Shown: piece by piece, positions 39,621-51,836 of the stretch | Layout: every line of letters begins with the position of its first letter | How positions within the stretch are numbered: position 1 is the stretch's first letter | NCBI GenBank assembly: GCA_002189035.1 | Contig: NEEC01000013.1 | Location: 186,001 to 250,000 of the forward strand | DNA: 64,000 nucleotides | Reading direction: 5' to 3' | From: Utricularia gibba | Lineage: Eukaryota > Plantae > Magnoliophyta | Notes under the pieces: generated by a model | Database searches by the model: none | Told to the model about the DNA's origin: nothing | The model's input: only the letters and a program-made list of their open reading frames with translations | Made by a program: the position numbers and the translations under genes

Positions 39621-40068
39621 TTTTATTCCATCCGATAGCTCAGGTTTCTAGCGAGACTATTACCAATTGTCTTCCTTTCAATTTTTTGATTTTTTTCATC
39701 GATAATTTTATCAAATCCTTTTCTAAACAATTCAAAATCTAATTATAACAATAATAAAATGTGGTGTTTTGAAACTTTTTTTATAAATAAAATTTGAATA
39801 TTACTTTCGATATTTGATAAAAAAATGAAATAAATTTTATGACTAAATATTGAAAATATTATAACACTGAATATCTTTATTTACAAAATCTGATTATATA
39901 AAAAACATATTAATAATATATGTTATTCATAATATTATATATGTTACTAAATTCATTTTTTGTTTACATTAACATTAAACATATTTTTAATTTTGAGAAA
40001 AAGATAAAAATTAATTCATTAAAATATATTTAAATGGAAATTTAAAAATTATGAATAAATTTAATTTT

Positions 40069-41592
40069 GGGGAAAAATACATTTTAATGCTAACGTTTCA
40101 AATATTGCTTATAATTAGATACACACGTTTTTTAAAATAGTTTTGTGGTATAAATGTTTTAGTTTTTATTCAAATTCAATACAAACGTTTCAAAATATAT
40201 TATTTTGGTATAAACTTTAAATATTATATTATTTTTAAAATATCCACGTTTTTTTAAAAAAAAATTTAAATACATACGTTGTTTAAAAAAGTTAAAAAAA
40301 CAATACAAACGTTTTTTTATACATTCTTTTTGATACATACGTTTATTGTAAACTATGATTTTAAACAAAATATATTAAAAATAATTAATATATTATAATA
40401 TATATTAAAAATTAATAAAAAACTAAAATTTATGTGTCTTTCAAATTGTCATATTTTCTAACTCATTAATTTTCGATTCAAATAAATTTTTTAATTAAAC
40501 CTTTATGTAGAATAAAATATGTATTTAGCGTAACTCTTAATTTAATTTACTTCATTATGTGAATTTGATCATTATATTATATTCATATTTATAAGTTTTT
40601 CAAAATTTACAACAATATCCGAAAACTTTTTCTAATAATTAAAAAATATCTAAATAATATATTAATATTATAAGTAATATAATTGTAAATATCTATTCCA
40701 ACATTTAATAATTTGAGTCCATCATAATAAATTTAGTGCATTTTCAGTTGATTAATCATTTTTTTATAAAATGATACATGACATTAATTAAATATTCCTA
40801 TTGATTTGGATAGAATGAAAACTAAATATTAGATAATTAAACATTTTTTGGAATCATTGAAATGTTTAAATATCATCTTATCCATCAAAGTAAACTAAAC
40901 GATAAGCATGCCAATCAAAAGAAACAACGATATAGCTATTGAACTAACCAGTTCATCCCCTCATGCTATACGTATTTGATTTCAGGGGAATCGCCGACGT
41001 CGACCCATCATCACATTTGGCAATGCACATGTTGGAACCAACTGTAATACATCATAACTCGTATACCAACTTCTTGTAAGCTACAAAATGACCAAAGTTA
41101 GTAATATTCCACCTATTATATTTAACAACTTTGAATGGTTAGAGGCTTACAAATGATGGATACTTAGAAGGAAAGAAAACTGATGATGCATTCTGCATGA
41201 GGAGCCTCACCGAATATAAAGCATATAACTCACATTCAATTGATTCAGTTTGTAGTAGAACCTATAAAAAGAATAACTTTAAAAATCAATTTGCTATAAG
41301 TGTTTGTACTATGTTATTTATTGAGGTTGTATTATGTGTACCTCAGGAAAGCAAATAGGTATAGAATCCAACTTATTAATATCGAAAGAAGGTGCCGCAT
41401 ACCCTAGCATGTATTTCAGACACCTATACAAGTAAAGTAGTGACTTAGTCATAGCTAATTTATTCATTAATGTAGTATAATAATTTCTAGTACCTATACA
41501 AATCTTATTCCACTGGACATAATGCATCTCCCGCACCCAAAAAATCTAACACAAGGATCATTCTATTGCAAGTATCTCCAAAGTTACAGCAT
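40069..41592 (-). mobile_element. MULE X': partial inverted copy of the terminal 1.5 kb of MULE X
   Basis: Starts GGGGAAAAATAC and aligns to the reverse complement of 47805-49264, including Ulp1 3' exons. About 5 differences in a 190-bp test block; more diverged in the TIR. Confidence 0.85.
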
Positions 41593-42307
41593 ATGTGATC
41601 CAAAATATTTAAAAAATGATATATTTGACGTGTAAAAAATTTGTTGCATGACATATTTGACCCATAAAAAATTTAGTTTTGATACTTTTGATCCATAAAA
41701 TATTATAATGGGGCATATTTGACCCAACGAAAAGTTATAAAAGTTTACAACAGAGTCCGTTTAACTCAATAAGTTTACTGTTGGTCCTATGCTTAGTGTT
41801 CAGTTGGTATATTCAACCCAATAATTTGGCATATTTGGCCCTTACAGTTCAATAAATTGACATTGTTGACCCTTAAGGTTCGTTAAATCCGCATATTTAA
41901 CCCATAAAGTGTGACAAAGTAACATAATTAATCCAATAAGTTTATCGAATTGGAATAAATAACCTATAAAGTTTTTCAAAATTTTAAACAAATTGAATAC
42001 TTTTTGAAATAAATATTGATCAATAAGTGCTCTATAAACATGGGCACAACAGTCAATCTAAATATCCATCGTGTCAACCCACTATGATTCGAACCCGTGA
42101 TGTCATTGCAAAGTGAACTTAAGATTATTATCAGCATTTTTATAAATTAAATTTATTTTAAACATGCGATAACATGACAGATGCAAGAATTACAAAAAAA
42201 ATATTTTTATAAACATATGATATATGTTTATTAAAATATAAATAATGTAAATATGCTATTTATTAAAACATATAATAAATATGAAAGTTTTTTAGTTTTT
42301 AATTTTC

Positions 42308-42646
42308 TTAGCATTCGATCCTTAGTTATACTTTGGATGGAGTGTGTATTTTTATTTTAATCATTTTAATTAGCATTCGATCCTTGATTATGATTCGAAT
42401 CTAGTGCATATTTTTTATTTTAATATTTTTATTAGCATTTAACCCTTAGGTATGATTTGGATCGAGCGTGTATTTATTATTGTAATATTTTTGTTAGCGT
42501 TCAATCCTTAGATATGATTCGGATCGAGCGTGTATTTATTATTATAATATTTTTATTAGCATTCAATCCTTAAATATGATTTGGATCGAGCATGTATTTA
42601 TTATTGTAATATTTTTATTAATATTCGATCCTTAGATATGATTCGG
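42308..42646. repeat. 62-bp tandem array, 5.5 copies
   Basis: Unit starts at 42308, 42370, 42432, 42494, 42556, 42618; core TTAGCATTCGATCCTTAGATATGATTCGGATCGAGCGTGTATT. Confidence 0.92.
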
Positions 42647-43456
42647 AGACAAGGTACCGATGATATCTCTCATCCTTACTTGACTTATGTTCACATGGGA
42701 TGGAAGCTCTGGGTCAAGGGATGGCCAAGGCAAGCAAGGGAAACCATGGAGGACAAAAGGCCACTCAAGGGGCCTTCGGGCAAACAGGGGCTGAAAAGCC
42801 AACCAAGGGAGAACCTTAGGGTTCAATCAAGGGGCATTGACCATAGAGGATCAAGGGAGGCTCTTAGGACTGCACAGAGTGCTACACGGATCACAGATTT
42901 CTCTTCTTACTTGTCATTGTGCATAGGATTATGTATTGTACCGTTCTAAACCCTTACTGGTCGTGTAGGTACCCATGGGAACAAGTCAGTAGACGGGCTA
43001 GGAGAGGCGGATGGCGAGGGTGGAGCGGCCGAGCATTGAAGTCATGGGCAAACAAGGGGTGGATTAGAGCGCAACATCGAACTCTCTTTACTTTCCTGTT
43101 TTCCTGCTCCTCTTCTTTCTTACTTGGACTAATACTTGCTAGTAATGAATAAAGGTCGGTTTTTGGTGCTACAACCTCTATGCCCAGGACCTCGCGCACA
43201 ACATGGCAAACAAGAAAGCGCACGCGGGCAAGGTGGTACCAGGCGCGTGCGTGCAGGACTTACGGCACGGGAAGCCCGCACGAGTGAAGTGTGCTGCTCA
43301 GTCTCGCTACCAGCTCGCACGCGGTAACGGCCACTTGACTAGGGTGTCTTGGCAGATCGTTACATGTGGCTGGTGCATGAGCATACGTGCATGGTTTCCC
43401 GTGTGGCCTTGTCGTGCTGCTGGGTGTGCATACGGGCATGGTTTACGCATAAATAA

Positions 43457-43760
43457 TGCACTCGATCCTCATGTTTTCTAAGGATTGAGTGCATCATTTT
43501 ATAATAAAAAATGCACTCTATCTTTAGAAATGTTAAGGTTCGAGTGCATTATTTTTATCAAAAATAAATAATGCACTTGGTCCTTATGTTTTCTAAGAAT
43601 CGAGTGCATCATTTTATATTAAAAATGCATTATATCTTTAGAAGTGATAAGGATCGAGTGCATTATTTTTATTAAAAATAAAAAATGCACTCGGTCCTTA
43701 TGTTTTCTAAAGATCAAGTGCATCATTTTATAATAAAAAATGCACTCCATCTTTAGAAAC
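43457..43760. repeat. Hairpin array: about 115-bp dimer of two 55/60-bp palindromic subunits, 5.5 subunits
   Basis: Subunits start at 43457, 43512, 43572, 43626, 43686, 43741; TGCACTCGATCC-N13-GGATCGAGTGCA consensus. Confidence 0.92.
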
Positions 43761-44058
43761 CACAACCCATGCCTGTATGCGATCCTCCACATGCGTAACC
43801 CACGCTCGTATGCCACCCTCTATGCCTGTGTGTTGCCCTTCTATATACTTGTGTTTATTTTTTTATTAGATATAACTAGAATGATTGTAATAAGTATTCA
43901 AATAAAGTAATCTTCAAAAAATACAGAAATCATAAGCATATTATGATTGCTCGTATGATGTTTGTTTAAAAATTTTAAAGAAACAAATATAATGCATAAA
44001 TAGTGTCAAAGACAAATAAAGAAGTCTACAATCTCATACCAACAAACAAGTTCAATGT

Positions 44059-45149
44059 CTACATTTTTTTGGAAGGTTTGCTTACCCAACCGCTCCTAGA
44101 TCGACGAGGAATCTCCATCAATTCTGCAAATTCACGAATATCTTCTTCAACAAACCAATCCTGTACCATCTATAGAAACATAATAGTACTTAGTACCTAC
44201 TAATAAAATAAACAATAAATTTTGAAAATTACTTACAAACAAAGGGTGTGTTTCAATAGTGTAAAGGTTGGGTGCTTGTTGGAGGAAAAGATACACATAG
44301 TATAATACATAAATCCCGCACTCAGTTGCACCCTTTTGTTTAGGGACCTATATGTTGATCAACGTTAAAATAAGGAAATAAATAATATTAACAACTTCAT
44401 ACTAACCTCTGGCCAAAAAATAGGCAACTGAAACTCCTTCACACAATCATCATCCCAACCATTCACTTTAAAACTAGAGTCCACTAATCTATAGATCATG
44501 CATAACAAAAATATTAATAGAGATTAAGAATAAAACACAATATAGCACAAGGTATTCAAACACACTACTTACTTTCGAAGGCTACTTGTTATATGAGTCG
44601 ACATGCTATGCATCGAATCCAAGACAAGGATACACCGTTGGTATTTCTCTCTAAGATTGCACAATATGGCAAGGGTGTAGTGACCACTACAAGATATAGA
44701 GACAATTCAAAGTAACACATATTCTAATGGCAAATGAGGAATATATATATATAAAAGCTTACTTCATGTTAATTGGCAAGAAGATGTAACGAGTGTTGCA
44801 TGGATTGTGCCTAACACACCACTTTTCAATCATTTCTAAGTCAAACTTTTTCTCCACGGCATGTTGCATCCATAGGTTGTGGATGAATGCAACATTCATT
44901 AGACAACCCGGTGGCTGCAATGCCACAATTTTCCTACAAATAAAAACAATGATCATGAACAAAATTCCAAAAAAATAGAATGTGTATTATATTGGATTCA
45001 TATCTATTGACTTACTCAATGATGTCATCTAGTGCATCATCCATCAACTCGCCATACAACCGTAGATGGGGAGCCTTACACCTTTGTTTATTTCTCGGAA
45101 CCGGTTGAAACTCAGAAGCATCCGAGTTGCTACTGACTTCCACCCGCAT
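44059..45149 (-). CDS. Ulp1/C48 SUMO-protease domain of MULE Y; exons 45149-45016, 44933-44763, 44686-44573, 44488-44407, 44347-44237, 44169-44059 (240 aa from the first Met)
   Basis: Phase-consistent GT-AG introns with no stops. YIFLPINMN-GHYTLAILCN, CILVLDSM, VPKQKGATECGIYVL, QAP, DWF give His/Asp/Cys plus the oxyanion Gln. Confidence 0.8.
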
Positions 45150-46154
45150 ATTCACGCAACCATTGAAGATGACTCATTTGTTGTTCATTTGACCATGTGG
45201 CATGTTGTACACCACACTTGTTGGGACCGTCTTCATAGATATTTCTTGATGCGGTTTAGTATTTCCTTTCTTCACTTCCACAGGGCTTTGGTGAGAAGTC
45301 TCACCAACTTCCTTATTGCCCATCGAACTACAATAATCAGCAATATCCATGTTGGCCGTACATGGTTCCAGTGGTATGAGTGTTTCATCCTCCTCCATTT
45401 GTTGAGCCCTATCCTCATTTAAGTCACCCTTTTTGCAATATTTTTTTCTTGTGGCCTTTTTTGTCACATGTAGAACATGATATCAGCCTACAAGTTACAT
45501 TCAATCGACTATAAATCCAAAATCAATCCATACAAAAAAGAGTGTGATGGACAAAACCTGGAGGATCTGCGCTTTTGTGAATTAGATGGACGGCCAGGTT
45601 TCCTACGCTTCTACTCAGGTGAAAGTAGCGGTAAGTCGGCCATACAAGGCCATTCTTCAGCTCCTGGAAGCTTGAACAAGTCACCATCATACATTTTTTG
45701 ATAGGCCATATGTGTATATCTATAGTCTGTGTATTTGACCAAAGTATCACCCTCCAAAATACAGCCGCATGTTTGTAAGGTATACCTAAACAAACAATAA
45801 ATAAAAATACAAAACACATAATAGAATACAAAATATTCATATTAAAAAATACAACAAATATAATATGAATTCTTCTAATAAAACTACCAATATAATACAA
45901 AATATTCATACTAAAAAATACAACAAATATAATATGAATTCTTCTAATTAAAGTACCAAATATACTAAAAAATACTAAACATATGCCATCAATTCTTATA
46001 ATAAGCCTAATGAAATATCCATACTAAAAAATACTACACATCTAACATCAATTCTTATAATAAACCTAACAATAAAATACAAAATATTCATAATCAAAAA
46101 TACTACACATGTAACATCAATTCTTATAATAAAACAAGAGAAATAAAATAAAAT

Positions 46155-49100
46155 AGGGCTACGTTTTGTTTCAATACAAACGTTTGAAAAAAAACATATA
46201 ATTCTATATTAACGTTTGTATAATGTGATTTTTGATACATACGTTGTCTAATTTTATAGATTTTACATACAAACGTTTTCAAAATTTTTTATTTTGAAAC
46301 TAATGTTTTGAAAAACAATATATCTTCAATACCAATGTTTTTTTGAAATTTTTTTTGATACATATGTTTGTAATTTATCTTTTAAATAAAAACACACCTT
46401 TTAACACCTATATTATGAGAACAAACGTTTACTAATGGGCTTTTATTTCAATACATATATTTAGCTGGCCCATTCCCAAATTGAGAAATGTAATATAATT
46501 AGAGATCAGTTATTGCTAGCCACCATGATGAAATCCTCTGATTTTTGTTAGCCATCCCGATCCATCACAAGCCACTCTGATTGTTGACCCGTCGTCCTTT
46601 TGACCCATCACGATCGTCCTTATTTAGTAGCTCATCGCTCTCTTGACTCTAAGTCGGTGTTCTCAAATTCTGGGTTTTATTGATGGTCATTTTAGATTCA
46701 TCTTCTTATATCATTCTTCTTTGAATCGTAAGTTTATTAGACAGATGTAGAAACGTATCGATTTAATTTGTTATAGCTTTTCAATTGTTTTGGTGCCACA
46801 GGTTCTAACCATGAGTGATTCGGATACTACGGAATCATACATTTATTCGGAGGAGGAGTTTCAATATGAATCTAGTGGGTTGCAACCTTCGTGCTCGTTC
46901 GATATTGAACCGATGTTTAAAATTGAGTGGAAGGAAGAATGCATACTTCAAGCACATGAGGCTGCCACTCAATACATTGAGTTATATGATCATGAGGATA
47001 AAGAAATGATATATTATAACTCGAAAAAAGCATGGAAATGATTAAATCTTAGGTAAATCTTATACTATTTTTTATATTAATAATAGTTAGGGGTTAATTT
47101 CTAATTATTTCTTTGAGTATCAATAATTTTTTCCATCTAATTTCTAGATGTGATTGGTATATGTTATGTTTATAATTATTATAAATTTTACTTATAATGC
47201 GTATGAGTTGGTTCCTATGTGTATTTATCTGGGGTTTCTATTTATTATTCATAAAAGTCTTTTTATTATGATGTAGGGAAGGAATATTATTTGGTAGCAA
47301 AATAGTAGCATGGGATGCCATCGTTGCTTATTGTATTCAGGAATGAATTCAGTGGAAATTTAAGAGAAATAACAACAGATACATCTGTGTTGTGTGTGAA
47401 GGGGGTCGGGACGAAAGTTATAGTTGGGGTGTAACCATCTCAGGTCCCCGTCTAGATCGAGATTGGCAAGTATCTAAGTATCATAGTGAGCACTATAGTT
47501 CATGTGACAGGGAGTTGACTGTAGTTCTTAGTGATTATGATTTTATAGAAGTGTTACGTTATATTAGAAGTGAGATTCCAGAAGAGCGACTGGACATTTT
47601 TAATTTCATTGACCCTCTATATTTCAATGAGTAGATTGGTAATGAGGAGAGAGTTCGTAGAATATTTCCCCATTGACCAGCCTTCCTTACTTGCCCATAC
47701 ATGGTTTGGCCTATTGTTTATCGGTAAGCTACACTTTGCTTTATATTTGAATATTATAGATAATATGTTTAACCTGTTATGTTCTACAACTAGAGATCAT
47801 TGGGTGGTGATGGTATGCTGTAACTTTGGAGATGCTCGCAATAGAATGATCTTGTCTTAGGTTCTTTGGGTGCAGGAGATGCATTATGTCCAGCGGAAGA
47901 AGATTTGTATAGGTACTAGAAATTATTATACTACATTAATGAATAAATTAGCTATGACTAAATCACTACTTTACTTGTGTAGGTGTCTGAAATACATGCT
48001 AGGGTATGCGGCACCTTCTTTCGATGTTAATGAGTTGGATTCTGTGCCTATTCGCTTTCCTTAGGTACACACAATGCAACCTCAATGAATAGCATAGTAC
48101 AAACACATATAGCAAATTGATTTTTAAAGTTATTCTTTTTATAGGTTCCACTACAAACTGGACCAACTGAATGTGGGTTATATGCTTTATATTCGGTGAG
48201 GCTCCTCATGCAAAATGCACCACCAGTTTTCTTTCCTTCTGAGTATCCATCATTTGGAAGCCTCTAACCATTCAAAATTGTTAAATACAATAAGTGGAAT
48301 ACTACTAACTTTGGTCATTTTGTAGCTTACAAGAAGTTGGTATACGAGTTATGATGTATTACAGTTCGCTCCAACATGTGGATTGCCAAATGTGATGATG
48401 GGTGGATGTCAGCGATTCCCCTAAAATCAAATACGTATAGCATGTGGGGATGAACTGGTTAGTTCAATAGCTATATCGTTGTTTCTTTTGATTGGCATGC
48501 TTATCGTTTAGTTTACTTTGATGGATAAGATGATATTTAAGCATTTCAATGATTCCAAAAAAATTTTAATTATCTAATATTTAGTTTTCATTCAATCCAA
48601 ATCAATAGGAATATTTAATTAATGTCATGTATCATTTTATAAAAAAGTGATTAATCAACTTAAAATGCACTAAGTTTATTATGATGGATTCAAATTATTA
48701 AATGTTGGAATAGATATTTACAATTATATTATTTATAATATTAATATATTATTTAGATATTTTTTAATTATTAGAAAAAGTTTTCGGATATTGTTGTAAA
48801 TTTTGAAAAACTTATAAATATGAATATAATATAATAATCAAATTCACATAATGAAGTAAATTAAATTAATAAGTTAGAAAACATGAAAATTTGAAATACA
48901 CATAAATTATATTTTTTTATTAATTTTTAATATATATTATAATAAATTAATTATTTTTAATATATTTTGTTCAAAATCATAATTTACAATAAACGCATGT
49001 ATCAAAAAGTATGTGTGAAAAAACATTTGTATTGCTTTTTAACTTTTTTAAACAACGTATGTATTTAAACAATGTTTTAAAAAACGTTGATATTTGAAAA

Positions 49101-49264
49101 ATAATATAATATTTAACGTTTGTACCAAAATGATATATTTTGAAACGTTTGTATTGAATTTAAATAAAAACTGAAACGTTTGTACCACAAAACTATTTTC
49201 GAAAACATATGCATCTAATTATAAGTAATCTTTGAAACGTTAGCATCAAAACGTATTTTTCCCC
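46155..49264 (+). mobile_element. Non-autonomous MULE X (3.1 kb) inserted in the SWIM-domain intron of Y; carries a MuDR DNA-binding-domain fragment joined to a decayed Ulp1
   Basis: Ends AGGG.TACGTTTTG / CAAAACGTATTTTTCCCC with AAACGTTT subterminal repeats. 9-bp AAATAAAAT on both sides (46146-46154, 49265-49273; AT-rich so weaker evidence). DHWVVMVCCN and VPLQTGPTECG motifs. Confidence 0.75.
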
Positions 49265-49716
49265 AAATAAAATATATACCTGTAATTTCCCATACCCTAC
49301 AATCACAGAAATGGTTGGTCAACCGGACAGTGTATTTTTTTGTTCCCTCCGACCACCCGTAATTACCTCGATCACCAACATCCATATGCCCCTTTCTTCC
49401 ATCTTCCAATGCTTGGCTTAGAATATTCTCAATTCTTAGACATAAATCTCCATGCCATCTTGATGCATCTCGACGACGCTTAACAAACCAATCACAAACC
49501 TTGTCGTTAATCCGTTCCAAAAGCTCGATTAGGTCCAACCTCCTAGCATCCTTGAGAGCTGAATTAAGGGACTCTGAGTTGTTGTTCGACAAAATGGCAC
49601 ACTTGTTGCCTCGATCAAAAAATGCTCGACACCATTGAAATGGTAGGATGCAAAATGGTTTGCATAAACCGTCCATATACTCGTATGCTTTGGGATTACA
49701 TTCCTTAAGTGCAAAA

Positions 49717-51086
49717 TGGTTATATTTATTATGGTTTACGTTAGATAAATGTGATTTTTCATGTTTTAGTGGTGTTTATGTTAATCTCATGTGATTATGT
49801 GAAAAGTAGACTAAATCCTTTGATTTAGTCCACAACTTTTGTTACTAATGTTTCAGTAAGTTCAGCAGGGAAATCACCCAAAAATCAGACTTGCAAGCGT
49901 GTGAAACAAGGGAAAAAGAGTGCAAAATCCGGAGAAGGACAAACAGTGCTGGTGGCCAAGAACAGTACAGGCCATCGCAGTCTGCAAGTTCAGGCCGGGA
50001 ACAGTGCTGGCGGCCAAGAACAGTACTGGCAGTCGGGAACAGTGCAATGGAGTGAAGCAAAAGGGAAAATTATTTCGAAAAGGAAAAAACAGCGAGGCAA
50101 AACACACGCAAGGGGGCTTCTTCCCCAACGGGAAAAACACCAACCAGAGCGGGGAAGGAAGGCCTTCATCCCCAAGAGCACCACCGGAGCCCAGTCCAAC
50201 GCTAGTGTTCCGAGCGGTGAACAGTAGCTAACGGGCAGAAGAACAATCTTTATCTACTTTCCGTTTTCTGAACATTTCAAGTTTCTGCATTTGACTTGTT
50301 TACAATGTTTCTGCCATTTTGGTCAACTTACATGAATGAAATCGTGTTTTATTTCCCAAGCATGAGTGGCTACAGCCTTAGGGATGACTTAAGGTGAAGT
50401 GGTGTGGTGTGTGCTTAGGGTTGATGAATAAATTTATGTGTATTGCTTAACTCTTGTTTCTAACAAACCATGGGTAGACCTAAGGAGGGAAACAAGTGGT
50501 TTTACAACTTAGATGCTTGGTTTAGAGGTAGACCAACAAACCAAGACGGGCGCAGTCGGTGTTAGTCCATGATGGAACCAGTAGAACCGGGTAGATCTAG
50601 TTCTATATGCCTTGCATGCGGGTAGACCTAATTGCAATGTTGGTTATGATATTAGGAATTAGGTTAACCAAAAATATGATGAATGACCTGGATAGACTTA
50701 GGTTATTTGAAGTTGTGAGTATAGGAAGATAGTAAATTAAGTTAGTAACCTTAGCATAACACCACCCGCAGATCCTTAAGACATCCTCGTATTATTCTAA
50801 GTTAGAACCAATACCTGTCACTTTAGCATTGAAACCTGATATTGCCTACTACCTTATTTACTGAACTTGTTTACCACTGTTAGTCCGAGCTTAGATTAAG
50901 ACCTACTGTTATCCGAAATTATGCATGTACTAAAACACTTAACAAGCACCAGCTCTTCGTGATCGACTCCGATATCCACTATACAAGTTTTCTAAATTTG
51001 TATTTTGTGTAGATTAGGGCTTATAAATTTATTTGATAACGAAATTTCTATTTTTGCAAGGACATTAGGAGAATTTCCGTTTATCA
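49717..51086 (+). mobile_element. Family A LTR (copy 4) inside mudrA, no TSD
   Basis: Collinear with 2013-3421 over its 3' two-thirds; ends TTTCCGTTTATCA at 51086. Left end approximate. Confidence 0.85.
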
Positions 51087-51836
51087 ACGCCTAAACTGAC
51101 TAGGCGTTGCAGGAGCTCTATCTGAAACTATGGTAAATGATTCTTGCGTCTCCTCCGAAATACCGTACTCTTCAGCAAGCAATTTCATGAACCAAGTCCA
51201 AGCCATCAAAGTTTCACCACCCACAACACCCCATGCAAGAGGGAAAACGCCATTATTCGGATCCGAGGCCGTCGCCACAAGCACTTTCCCATTCAATTTA
51301 CTCAATGTCTGCGTGCCATCAACTCCAATCACATTATGGCCGCATATACAGAATCAATCTTTACAAGCCTATAAATCAAGCAAATACTAAAAAAAATCAA
51401 ATATTATCACATAATCCATCAACTCGCCATACATAAATGCTAACTTATCATTACATAATTAATAAAATACATCTTTAACATACAATGTTCAACAATAAAC
51501 CAACCAAAAATATGTAAGAAAAAACACTACAAAAATAAAAACAAATCCACAAATATATAAAAAAATGCTTCAAAAATGCATACCTTAGGACAAAAATAAA
51601 CTCCTTCACATATTTTACTTTTCCCATCTTCACCACCATCTACCTCCAATATTGCCACGGTAGCACCTTCATTAGATACCCGATATTGTTCACAATAACT
51701 TTGTAGGTGCTCGAAATCATTCTTCATACTTCCCATCGCCATCTTCCTTGTATTTTCTTTTGCTCTCCTCACCTTGTGAGTAGACACCTCCACATGCCAA
51801 TCACGTTTTATATCCATAAGTAGATCCGCAACCTTT

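Noticed and set aside
42084-42100. GATTCGAACCC tRNA B-box-like word
   Set aside because: No cloverleaf or A-box can be built around it.
42581-43481. GC-rich ORFs between the arrays
   Set aside because: No recognisable domain or consistent splicing; the 42647-42983 part only loosely resembles an LTR end.
42308-43760. CRISPR-like repeat/spacer appearance
   Set aside because: Eukaryotic context, whole units are duplicated including the spacers, and there are no cas genes.
42080-44005. CACTA...TAGTG as possible CACTA termini around the hairpin arrays
   Set aside because: Only 6 bp of inverted match and no 3-bp TSD.
45820-46130. Short AT-rich tandem duplications in the mudrA intron
   Set aside because: Ordinary slippage-type repeats with no structural signal.
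49845-50231. Cluster of overlapping 70-108 aa ORFs
   Set aside because: They are inside family A LTR copy 4 and arise from a GC-richer internal duplication.
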